The position numbers were made by a program, and so were the translations under genes. A stretch of DNA of 61,885 nt, filler included, from Chiloscyllium plagiosum (lineage: Eukaryota), in assembly GCF_004010195.1 (NCBI RefSeq). It is 3 parts of one record of this genome, joined end to end, with 100 filler letters (N's around TTAATTAATTAA, not from the genome) between each part and the next. Parts side by side here need not be neighbours in the genome. Positions count along the whole stretch, not along the records: positions 28,947 to 56,784 come from NC_057712.1; positions 56,885 to 61,885 come from NC_057712.1; 1 more part is not named here. One strand, 5' to 3'. Under the pieces are notes generated by a model that saw only the letters and a list, made by a program, of their open reading frames with translations, ran no database searches and was not told where the DNA came from. Positions 49,869 to 59,990 of the stretch are shown here, piece by piece (within the stretch, counting starts at the first letter, position 1; each line of letters begins with the position of its first letter).

Positions 49869-49994
49869 GGAGAAAGTGAGGATTGCAGATGCTAGAGATC
49901 TCTGCAGTCAAGTGCTGGAAAAGCATGGCAGGTCAGACAGCATTCAAGGAGCAGGAGAATCGACGTTTCGGGCAAGAGCCCTTCATCAGGGCTG
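49869..49994 (-). mobile_element. Solo PLE family A terminal module (126 bp) with an intact hammerhead core and 13-bp TSD
   Basis: TSD atatcacctgctc at 49856-49868 and 49995-50007. The minus strand begins cagcc CUGAUGA agggcucuugccc GAAA cg UC. Confidence 0.88.
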
Positions 49995-50511
49995 ATATCA
50001 CCTGCTCTTTAGTCAGTTCCAATATTTCTGCTTACATATTTTGTCCTACATTGTGGTTACTGTTAGGAAGCCTGTAAATTACTCCCACTAATGACTTCTT
50101 TCCCATCATATTCTTCATCCCCAGCCAAACTGATCCACATCCTGTTCTCCTCAACTAAGGCCAACTAAAGATTGCACTAGACCTATCCTTGATTTAACAG
50201 TGTGACCCCTCCACTTTTTATCCTATTCTTCTTGAATGTCATATACTCCTCAATATTCAGGCCTCGATCCTTATCATTCCGCAACTGTCTCTCCAAAATG
50301 AGCATCAGATTGAATATACTTACTTCAACATACAGTCAATTTATTCACTTCATTATGAGTATTATATATGTTCAGATTTTGAGCCTTTCATTTTGACATT
50401 TTGTTATCATTGTAATTGCTTGTCTTGATTATTGGTGTATTCTGTTTATTTCTCCCTGTCGCTTTCTGTCATCCTCTGATCCTCTTTTCTGACATTGCTA
50501 TGTTCTACTTG

Positions 50512-50750
50512 TGGAGAAAGTGAGGTCTGCAGACGCTGGAGATCAAAGCTGAAACTTTATTGCTGGAACAGCACAGCAGGTCAGGCAGCATCCAGGGAAC
50601 AGAAGATTCGACGTTTCGGGCACATGCCCTTCTTCAGGAATGCCGAAACGTCGATTCTCCTGCTCCTTGGATGCTGCCTGACCTGCTGCGCTTTTCCAGC
50701 AACACATTTTCAGCTCTGATCGCCAGCATCTGCAGTCCTCACTTTCTCCA
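50512..50750. mobile_element. Palindromic head-to-head pair of PLE family A terminal modules
   Basis: Ends tggagaaagtgaggtctgcaga...tctgcagtcctcactttctcca. The ~105-bp arms pivot at the hammerhead. Confidence 0.88.
50606..50641 (-). ncRNA. Minimal hammerhead ribozyme motif (PLE family A), intact
   Basis: Minus strand: auuc CUGAAGA a gggc augu gccc GAAA cg UC gaau. It has a 4-bp stem I, a 4-5 bp stem II, a palindromic ACGU stem III and a GUC triplet. Confidence 0.8.
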
Positions 50751-50955
50751 TTCACTTCCTTAGTCCATCTCTGTCAGCACAGAGAGAGACCGAGTGAGTG
50801 AGAGAGTGAGTGTGAGTGAGCATGAGAGTGAGTGAGGGTGCGAGTGAGAGACTGACAGGGACCAGGCTTTAACATTTACAGTATTTATGATAAATGTCCA
50901 ACAATGTAACCTATCCACTGCTGTCAATATCAACAGGCAGACAGACCTATACAAT

Positions 50956-51083
50956 TCCTGATGAAGGGCTTTTCCCCGAAATGTCGATTTTCCTGCTCTT
51001 CAGATGCTGCCTGACCTGCTGTGCTTTTCCAGCACCACTCTAATCTAAACTTTGGTTTCCAGCATCTGCAGTCCTCACTTTTG
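50956..51083 (+). mobile_element. Solo PLE family A terminal module with a 10-bp TSD
   Basis: TSD cctatacaat at 50946-50955 and 51084-51093. Starts tc CTGATGA agggcttttcccc GAAA tg TC. Confidence 0.85.
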
Positions 51084-51674
51084 CCTATACAATACATGTT
51101 AACACCAACAAATTAGAACCTAAACAAATGTGCCTGATGTGACCCCAAGCTGTTAGGACCCTGTTTCCTTTGCATTGACCTGAGCACAGAGTAAAGTCAG
51201 ACAGGGGAAAAATACATCTCATCTTGCCCAGCTCTCCGAGTTCTAACTGGGTAATCACAGAGTGACAGCTCCTTTTGGGAGAAGAGCAGGGATTTTCCTG
51301 TGTGATATAAAAGATAAATTTATGCTGCAGGTGCTAGAAATCTGAAATTAAAAACAAACCATTGTTGGAGATTTTGAGGTCTGCAGTCAGAGGGCCGCTG
51401 TTAACATTACAAACTGAATATAATTCTCAAATGTTTTCTGTTTATAGATTTGCACAGTGTCAAAGAATCATACATTAAACAGCCATTCGGCCCATCGAGT
51501 CAAAAATAGAATGTGACGTACATGTGTTCCACTTTCCTGCACCTTGAATGTTCGGACACTGTCTGAGAGCAATAGTCAGTTCTAAAGTAACGACATCAAA
51601 AGTAATAGATTCAGTGGACACCATCTCCCTGTTGTGACAGTGTCCATCTCCACACCTGCAGGTGTTAATGATAA

Positions 51675-51742
51675 CACCTGATGAGGAGCAGCGCTCTGAA
51701 AGCTAGTGCTTCCAAATAAACCCATTGGACTATAACCTTGCG
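51675..51742 (+). ncRNA. Hammerhead motif in a PLE family B terminal module
   Basis: cac CUGAUGA ggagc agc gcucu GAAA gc UA gug. Stem I is cac/gug and stem III is the palindrome AGCU. Confidence 0.7.
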
Positions 51743-52456
51743 TTAATGACAATCTCACCCACACAAACTGAACAGGGAGATTCACCCAGAGACACTGCTC
51801 ACTCACAACCAGGAGCAATGTAAACACTTCAGTAACATTTTCCAAACTGTTCATGCCAAGTTCTCTGCAAACAAGTACTGTAGATACACTTTGAACTTTC
51901 TGAATGAGAGTCACACCGACAGGAAACATTAACTCTGTTTTGCTTTCCACAGATTCTGACCGACCTGCTGAGTTTCTCCAGCAGTTTCTGTTTTATTACA
52001 ACCTGAAAGCTACCCTAAGCACCAAGACACTAATCTCAGGCAGCAAGTAACGGGTTAAAATCCACCAAGCTGCATGTGTGTATTTGAAAGGTGACATGAT
52101 CTCTCTTTGCCATGAATGTGAAATCAGTTAAAGACGGAAGCCTCCTCCACTCCTGAATCCAGCAGTTATTTTTACACCCATTACTGTGGGGACAGGGACA
52201 CCAGTGAGCTGAACAGACAGCAAAAAGAGGAAAGTTACTGCAGCTCTCCCCCGGCTCCGACTGCCAGCAGCTGGGAGTTAGGGGGTTTTTTGCCGAGCTC
52301 AGGCTTTTACGAAAGGTTCAGATTGAGCAATCAGGACAAACACAGAGAGTAAAAGAAACTTCGAGAACATTCAGTGCTAGCCGAGAGGGCAGAAACACTC
52401 AGAGACACACACTCTCCCCGAAAGCAGTGAAGCCCAGAGAGAGCTGTGTGTCCCTG

Positions 52457-53100
52457 GGACCTCCCTCAGACAGGGACCCTCATTCCTCAGACAGGGACCC
52501 TCATACCTCAGGAGGGGACCCTCATTCTTCAGGCAGGGACCCTCATACCTCAGGAGGGGACCCTCATTCCTCAGACAGGGACCCTCATACCTCAGACAGG
52601 GACCCTCATTCCTCAGGAGGGGACCCTCATTCCTCAGGAGGGGACCCTCATTCCTCAGACAGGGACCCTCATACCTCAGGAGGGGACCCTCATTCCTCAG
52701 GCAGGGACCCTCATTCCTCAGACAGGGACCCTCATACTTCAGGAGGGGACCCTCATTCCTCAGGAGGGGACCCTCATTCCTCAGACAGGGACCCTCATTC
52801 CTCAGGAGGGGACCCTCATACCTCAGACAGGGACCCTCATCCCTCAGGCAGGGACCCTCATTCCTCAGACAGGGACCCTCATTCCTCAGACAGGGACCCT
52901 CATTCCTCAGGAGGGGACCCTCATTCCTCAGACAGGGACCCTCATTCCTCAGACAGGGACCCTCATTCCTCAGACAGGGACCCTCATACCTCAGACAGGG
53001 ACCCTCATCCCTCAGACAGGGACCCTCATTCCTCAGGAGGGGACCCTCATTCTTCAGGCAGGGACCCTCATCCCTCAGACAGGGACCCTCATACCTCAGG
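52457..53100. repeat. 21-bp minisatellite, about 30 copies
   Basis: Unit gggaccctcattcctcagaca with few variants; it is open in several frames, which produces the spurious long ORFs. Confidence 0.97.
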
Positions 53101-53335
53101 CGGTCACATTCTCCGGAGAATGCCCGAGTACACACCGCTCCCCTTCCGCCAGCTCCTGCTCCCGGTACCGGTGCCTGCTCCGAGCCTCCCTCCCGGGACT
53201 GAGCCGCCTCACCCTCTCCCTCACTCCCTCCCTCACTCTATCACTCACTGACTTCCCTCCTCCCGGGAGGAGGCGGAGAGACACTCGCTCTCTCGATGTG
53301 GTCGATCATTTACAACACGGGCAGCCCGAAACACT
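53095..53335 (-). promoter_or_regulatory. CpG-rich candidate promoter and non-coding first exon
   Basis: The most CpG-dense unique sequence in the window. It ends on the minus strand in GAG|gtatga, a donor with GT at 53094-53093. Confidence 0.5.
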
Positions 53336-53479
53336 GAGAGCTCAACACACCCCCAGCCTGGAACACCCCACCCTTCCCAGAACAGAAACCACCCTTTACA
53401 TCCCAGGAAAGAACCCATTCCAATATCCCCCAGAACAGAAACCATTCCTTACCCCCTCAAATACAAAAACCACCCCTTC

Positions 53480-53780
53480 AGGGCAGCTCAGTGGTTAGCA
53501 CTGCTCCCTCACAGCACCAGGGACCCAGGTTCGATTCCAGCCTCAGGCGACTCTGTGTGGAGTTTGCACATTCTTCCCTGTGTCTGTGCGGGTTTCCTCC
53601 CACAGTCTAAAAATGTGCAGGTTAGGGTGAATTGGCCATGTTAAATTGTCCCATAGTGTTAGGTCCATTAGTCAGGAGTAAACGTATGGTAGGGGAATGG
53701 GTCTGGGTGGGTTACTCTTCGGAGGGTCGGTGCGGACTTGTTGGGTCAAATGGCCTGTTTCCACACTGTAGGGAATCTAA
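53480..53780 (+). mobile_element. HE1-type V-SINE
   Basis: gctcagtggttagcactgct...ggttcgattcc, followed by the V-domain and tail. Confidence 0.88.
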
Positions 53781-53881
53781 TTTTACCTTACCAAAACAGA
53801 ACCAGCCCCTTCTACAAAAATCACCCCTTGCCCCTTGAAACACATGAAACACAGTGTGGCACTATCACTGTGCTAAATAGA

Positions 53882-54095
53882 ACAAAGTCAAAAATCACAC
53901 AACACCAGGTTATAGTCCAACAGGTTTAATTGGAAGCACTAGCTTTCGGAGCGATGCTCCTTCATCAGGTGATTGTGGAGGGAAGGAGCGACGCTCCGAA
54001 AGCTAGTGTGCTTCCAATTAAACCTGTTGGACTATAACCTGGTGTTGTGTGATTTTTAACTTTGTCCACCCCAGTCCAACACCGGCACCTCCGAA
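53882..54095. mobile_element. Palindromic pair of PLE family B terminal modules
   Basis: aaaatcacacaacaccaggttatagtccaacagg...cctgttggactataacctggtgttgtgtgatttt; the arms are about 80 bp. Confidence 0.85.
53937..53971 (-). ncRNA. Minimal hammerhead ribozyme motif (PLE family B), intact core
   Basis: Minus strand: cac CUGAUGA a ggagc auc gcucc GAAA gc UA gug. Confidence 0.78.
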
Positions 54096-54104
54096 TCGTG
54101 ACTA

Positions 54105-54522
54105 AATAGAACAGGTTTTGAACAAATCTAGTAACTCCAGATTGGGCATCCATGAGGCGCTGTGGGCTATCAGCAGCAGCAGAACTGTACTCCAGCACAA
54201 TCTGTAACCTCATGGCCCGGCATATCCCCCAACCATTAACCATCAGACCAGAGGATCAGCCCCGGTTCAATGGAGAGTGCAGGGGGGTATGCCAGGAGCA
54301 GCACCAGGTATACCTGAAGGTGAGGAGTCAATGTGGTGAAACTACCAAACAGCATAAGCAGTAAGTGACAGACAGAGCTAAGTGATCCCACAACCAACGG
54401 ATCAGATCTTAGCTTTGCAGTCCTGCCACGTCTAACTGTGAATGGTGATGGTCAATTAAACGACTCACTGGAGAAGAAGGTTCCAGAAATATCCCCATCT
54501 TCAATGATGGAAGAGCCCAGCA
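54105..54522 (+). mobile_element. CR1/L2-group LINE linker fragment
   Basis: AAAELYSSTICNLMARHIP...EDQPRFNGECR; same family as 36880-38645. Confidence 0.6.
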
Positions 54523-54651
54523 TCACACATAGGAACACCACACCATGTAGTTACTCATGTGACTCGGCCAATGTTGTCTATCTTACACACCGCAGGCAAG
54601 AATGCCCCGAGGTATGTTATATTGGCGAGACCGTGCAGACACTACGGTAAA

Positions 54652-55556
54652 AACAATGACTGCAGATGCTGGAAACCAGATTCTGGATCAGTGGTGCTGG
54701 AAAAGCACAGCAGGTCAGGCAGCATCCGAGGAGCAGGAAAATCGATGTTTCAGGCAAAAGCCCTTCATCAGGAATACAGTCAGAGAGCCTGAAGGGTGGA
54801 GAGATAGGGGAGAGAGTAGCATGGAGTACAATATTCCTGATGAAGGGCTTTTGCTGCTCATCGGATGCTGCCTGAATTGCTGTGCTCTTCCAGCACCACT
54901 GATCCAGAATGGAGTACAATAGGTGAGTGGGGGAGGGGATGAAGGTCATAGCTCTGGGGCGGGAGGAGGGTGGAGTGGATAGGTGGAAAAGAAGATAGGC
55001 AGGTAGGACAAGTCATGGGGACAGTGCTGAGCTGGGAGTTTGGAACTAGGGTGAGGTGGGGGAAGGGGAAATGAGGAAACTGTATCCGTTGCTCCCGATG
55101 CAGTCTCCTCTACATTGGGGAGACTGGACGCCTCCTAGCAGAGCGCTTTAGGGAACATCTCCGGGACACCTGCACCAATCAACCACACCGCCCCGTGGCC
55201 CAACATTTCAACTCCCCCTCCCATTCTGCTGAGGACATGGAGGTCCTGGCCTCCTTCACCGNNNNNNNNNNNNNNNNNNNNNNNNNNNNNNNNNNNNNNN
55301 NNNNNNNNNNNNNNNNNNNNNNNNNNNNNNNNNNNNNNNNNNNNNNNNNNNNCCTATCACCTCCATCCCCTCCCCCACTCACCTATTGTACTCTATGCTA
55401 CTCTCTCCCCATCCCCACCCCCCTCTCATTTATCTCTCCAACCTTCAGGCTCTTTGCCTGTTTTTCTGATGAAGGGCTCTTGCCCGAAACGTCGATTTTA
55501 CTGCTCCTCGGATGCTGCCTGAACTGCTGTGCTTTTCCAGCACCACTAATCCAGAC
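54652..55556. mobile_element. PLE family A insertion with an internal inversion (minus arm 54652-55082, plus arm 55083-55556)
   Basis: Flanked by a duplicated gcagacactac(g/t)gtaaa at 54635-54651 and 55561-55577. Terminal modules lie at both ends. Contains a 91-N gap at 55262-55352. Confidence 0.85.
55462..55497 (+). ncRNA. Minimal hammerhead ribozyme motif (PLE family A), intact core
   Basis: CUGAUGA a gggc ucuu gccc GAAA cg UC; stem I is weak. Confidence 0.68.
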
Positions 55557-55603
55557 CCATGCAGACACTACTGTAAAGGACAAATGGACACCACACAACA
55601 ATC

Positions 55604-55821
55604 AAGAGGAAGTGAGGACGGCAGATGCTGGAGCTCAGAGTCGAGAGTGTGGTGCTGGAAAAACACAGCCGGTCAGGCAGTATCCGAGGAGCAGGAGAGT
55701 TGATGTTTCAAGCATAAGCTCTTCATCAGGAATGTGATGAAGAGCTTATGGTCTAAATGCCGACTCTCCTGCTGCTTGGATGCTGTCTGACCGGCTGTGT
55801 TTTTCCAGCACCACACTTTTT
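55604..55821. mobile_element. Palindromic pair of PLE family A-like terminal modules with a 17-bp TSD
   Basis: TSD gacacc(a/g)caca(a/g)caatc at 55587-55603 and 55822-55838. The pivot is cttcatcaggaatgtgatgaag. Confidence 0.82.
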
Positions 55822-56219
55822 GACACCGCACAGCAATCGCCAGACAGGAATGTTCCCTCCTAATCAGTGAGCACTCCAGCAGTCAAGGATATTCAACCTC
55901 TGATCTTTGGATAAGTGTCCTTCAAGGTGGCCTTCAAGATACACAGCAACATAGAATCGCCAAGCAGAAACTACTAGCCAAGATCTATATCCATGAAGAC
56001 GGCCTCAACCAGGAACCTGGGTTCATGTCACGCTGCATGTGACCCCACCACACTGTTTTGTATTTGTAAAATCTTTCTTACTGTTCTGTTTTGACAGCAT
56101 TGTCTTGATAATCTGTTAAGATCGCTTTTCCTCAATTAGTTTGTACAGTTTTGGATTATTTGTTATTTTGGTTAAACTCCCAGCATAAGGCTCACATACC
56201 TATCATGTCATTCCAGCCA

Positions 56220-56535
56220 TTAGATTAGATTCCCTACAGTGTGGAAACAGGCCCTTTGGCCCAACCAGTCCACACCGACTTTCCAAAGAGTAACCCACCC
56301 AGATCCATTTCCCTCTGATTAATGCACCTAACACTACGGAAAATTTAGCATGGCCAATTCATCTAACCTGCACATCTTTGGACTGTGGGAGGAAACCGGA
56401 GCACCCGGAGGAAACCCACGCAGACACGGGGAGAATGAGCAAACTCCACACAGTCAGTTGCCTGAGGCTGGAATCGAACCTGGGACCCTGATGCTGTGAG
56501 GCAGCAGTGCTAACCACTGGGCCACCATGCCGCCC
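56220..56535 (-). mobile_element. HE1-type V-SINE
   Basis: Full-length reverse-complement copy. Confidence 0.9.
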
Positions 56536-56631
56536 TCATTTTTAATATTTTGTAATTTTCTGTACTTCAATTAATTGAATTATAAATCATCCCTTCACTT
56601 GCTATTCAGCTGTTGACACTTTACTCTCACT

Positions 56632-56784
56632 GGGGAGAAAGTGAGGTCTGCAGATGCTGGAGATCAGAGCTTAAAAATGTGTTGCTGGAAAAGCGCAGCA
56701 AGTCAGGCAGTATCCAAGGAACAGGAGAATCGACGTTTCGGGCATAAGCCCGAAGAAGGGCTTCCTGAAGAAGGGCTTATGCCC
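56632..56784. mobile_element. PLE family A inverted terminal pair running into the gap
   Basis: ggagaaagtgaggtctgcagatgctgg...gacgtttcgggcataagccc...cctgaagaagggcttatgccc. Confidence 0.8.
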
Positions 56785-56884
56785 NNNNNNNNNNNNNNNN
56801 NNNNNNNNNNNNNNNNNNNNNNNNNNNNTTAATTAATTAANNNNNNNNNNNNNNNNNNNNNNNNNNNNNNNNNNNNNNNNNNNN
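56785..56884. other. Assembly gap with artificial spacer (44 N + TTAATTAATTAA + 44 N)
   Basis: Same structure as 28847-28946. Confidence 0.97.
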
Positions 56885-58161
56885 ACTCTGAGAGCTGGCT
56901 CTGAGGGAGCTGGATCAGTGTCAAGGACTATCCAGGTGTAAATAAAGGGGACCTTGGTGATAGGATAAGGACCTCTGTGGAGTTATTTCACTATTGTGCT
57001 CACAAACAATAAGCCTGCAGAAGATGTAGTCTTGGGGCCGTAGAATTAGTTCCTGAGCAACCAATCTGTCATGGCATAATGTAAATCAGGAATTTAGGGA
57101 TGCATATGCCAAGGGTGATACAGTAATCACAGGTGACTTCAATCTACATCCAGACTGTGTGAATCTGTAATTAATTTGGAATGCGAAGCTTCAAGAGTGC
57201 TTTCAGAAGTTAACTGTGTTTTCTGAGGTTAGTAATGGCACACATCAATTCCAGCCTCCCAGATTGCCTTGATCCACTACAATTTGCTTACCATTACAAC
57301 AGGCTCATAGCAGACACCATCTCCCTGGTTCTACACTCATCCCTGCAACATTTAGATAAAGATCCCTACGTCAGACTCTTATTTATTGGCTTTAGCTCCA
57401 CTTTCAACACCATGATTCCAACCAAACTCATCTTCAACTCCAATGCCTAGAGCTCTCCTCCCCATTCTGCAACTGGATCCTTGACTTCCTGACCCGCAGG
57501 CCGCAATCAGTTGGGATAGGCAACAGCACCTCCCCCATGATAATCCTCAACACCAGTGCCCCACAAGGTTGCATTTTCAGCACCTTACTGTACATCTTAC
57601 ACACTCATGACAGTGTTGGCAAATTCAACTCTAATTCCATTACTTAGGGTTACGAGTTCAAGATGAGAGGGGAAAAGTTTACGGGAGATATGCATGGAAA
57701 GTTCTTCACACAGAGGGTGGTGGGTGCCTGGAGTGCGTTGCCAGCAGAGGTGGTAGAGGCAGGCATGATCGCATCATTTAAGATGCATCTAGGCAGATAC
57801 ATGAATGGGCAGGGAGCAGCAGAGGGATACAAATCCTTAGAAAATAGACGACAGGTTTAGATAGAGGATCTGGATCGGTGCAGGCTTGGGGGGGGGTGCT
57901 AAAGGACCTATTCCTGTGCTGCAATTTTCTTTTTTCTTTTTCCATTTACAAGTTTACTTGACACCACCATAGCAAGTTGGATCTTAGACAATGATGAGTA
58001 CAAGCAAGAAAAAGGTGGCTTACTGGCATGATGTAAAGACAACAAACTTTCCCTCAATATCAGCAAAATGAAGGAGCTGGTCATCAACTTTAAAAGAGGA
58101 GTGGAGGACATGCCCCTATCTATGTCAATGGTGCTGAGGTGGTGATGGTCAAGAACTTCAA

Positions 58162-59990
58162 GTTTGATTTGATTTATTGTGTTCAGGTGTACCTAAATAC
58201 AGTGAAAAGCTTTGTTTGTGAGCAGTACAGGCAAATCGTAATAAGTAAGGGCATACAGATCATAGGGTGCCTAGACAGAGTGAGGCACACAGGTTACACT
58301 GCACAGGAGGTGTGTGAAGCAAGATCAACATTAACAAAACCAACCTTCTTTGAAGTTAGAGTGTCCATTCATCAGTCTAAAAATGGTAGGGAGGAAGCTG
58401 TTCTTGAACCTGTTGGTCATCTGTTCAAACTTCTGTATTTTCTGTCTGATGGAGGAAGTTGTTGGAGGAGAGCATTACAGGGATGGAAGGGGTCTTTGAT
58501 GATGTTGGCAGCTTTTCCACGGCAACAAGGAGTCTATAGATGGAAGGTTGGCTTCCATGATGGTCTGGGCTGTGCACACAACCTTCTGCAGTTTCTTCTA
58601 GTCCTGGGCAGAGCAGTTGCCATGCCAGGCCGCTCTGCACCCAGACAGTATGCTTTCAATGGTGCATCTGTAAAGGCTGTTGAGGGGCCTTATGGACATG
58701 CCAAATTTCCTGAGCTGCGTGAGGAAGAAAAGGCGTTCTTGTGCCTTCTTGACTATCGCATCTACATGGGAAGTCCAGGACAGGTTGTTGGTTATCGTCG
58801 TTCCCAGGAACTTGATGCTGTCAACCCTCTCAGCCTCCACTCCGTTGATGTAGATGGGGGAACGTTCTCCTCCAATCTTTCTGAAGTCAGTGATGAGTTC
58901 TTTAGTTTTGCCGACATTGAGAGAGAGGCTGTTATCATTGCACCACAACACCAAGCTCCCTATCTCCTTTATGTATTCTGACTCATTGTTGTTTGATCTC
59001 TGTCCTACCATGGTGATGTCATCAGCAAACTTGTGGATGGTGCTCATTCAGAATTTGGCAACACAGTCGTGGGTGCACAGGGAGTACAGTAGGAAGCTGT
59101 GAACACATCTGTGGGGGTGGGGGTGAGTGTCCAGTGTAGAGGGTTATTGTGGAGGTGTCTATTGCAGTCTGTGGGTCAGAAAGCTGAGGATCCAGTTGCA
59201 GAGGGCGGAGCTGAGTCCTAGGTCTCTAACTTTTGAGATCAGTCTGGAGGGGATAATGGTGTTGGAGGTGGAGCTGTAATTAATGTGCAGGAGTCTGACT
59301 TATGTGTCGTTGTTGTCCAGATGCTCCAGGGATGAGTGCAGGGCTAGGGAAATGGCATCCACTATCTTGGCATCCACCTGACGGAGAATCTCCTCGGAAC
59401 ACTTCAACCCCAGGGCATCAATGTGGACTTCACCAGTTTCCTCATTGCCCCTCCCCCCACCTTACTCCAATTCCAACCTTCCAGCTGAGCACTGTCCTCA
59501 TGACCTGTCCTACCTGTCAATCTTCCTTCCCACCTATCCGCTCCATCCTCCTCTTTGACCTATCACCTTCATCCCCACCTCCATCCACCTATTGTACTCT
59601 TGGCTACATTCTCCCCAGCCCCAACCCCCTCCCATTTATCTCTCCACCCCAGAGACTCCCTGTCTACATTCCTGATGAAGGGTTTTTTGCCTAAAACGTC
59701 GACTTTCCTGCTCCTCGGATGCTGCCTGACCTTTTTCATCACCACTCTAATCTAGACTCTGATCTCCAGCATCTGCAGTCCTCACTTTTGCCTCGATGTG
59801 GGCCGTGACCAGCCTCTCAAAGCATTTCATGACTATGGAGGTCAGAAAGACTGGGCAGTAGTCTCTTCGATGGTTTCTTCGATGCTGGGATGATGGTGGT
59901 CTTCTTGAAGCAGGTGGAGTCTTCAGTTTGCAGGAGGGAGAGGTTGAAGATGTCAGTGATTACATCTGCCAGCTGGTCCGCATAAGATCT
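58162..59990 (-). mobile_element. Rex1/Babar-type LINE, antisense, nested in the plus-strand copy
   Basis: IHKFADDITMVG...LVLWCNDNSLSLNVGKTKELITDFRK...IKFLGTTITNNLSW...YRCTIESILSGC. Confidence 0.88.
59365..59793 (+). mobile_element. PLE family A 3' fragment with a mutated hammerhead
   Basis: cttcaaccccagggcatcaatgtggacttcacc (ORF end), a pyrimidine-rich UTR, cctgatgaaggg...aaaacgtcga and the terminal module. Confidence 0.85.

Larger units (their letters stand above)
47700..50300 (-). mobile_element. Very old CR1 LINE remnant hosting two PLE insertions
   Basis: VDKGESVDALQLDFQKAFDKVPCQR (47840-48034), with scattered similarity through about 50300. Confidence 0.65.
54523..56630 (+). mobile_element. 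PLE GIY-YIG 3' fragment broken up by nested insertions
   Basis: YSCDSANVVYL...CPEVCYIGETVQTLR (to 54650) resumes at 55561-55603 and 55822-56040 (aatcagtgagcactccagc...gaagacggcctcaaccagga). Confidence 0.8.

Noticed and set aside
51895..51940. Hammerhead-like remnants in the fourth terminal-module type (also about 1280 and 15195)
   Set aside because: Core nucleotides are altered in every copy here, so they are too degenerate to call as ribozymes.
52377..53498. 250-350 aa repetitive ORFs on both strands
   Set aside because: They are translations of a 21-bp VNTR whose unit length is divisible by 3, open in several frames at once.
58139..58981. 280-aa plus-strand ORF
   Set aside because: It is the antisense shadow of a minus-strand Rex1/Babar RT region.
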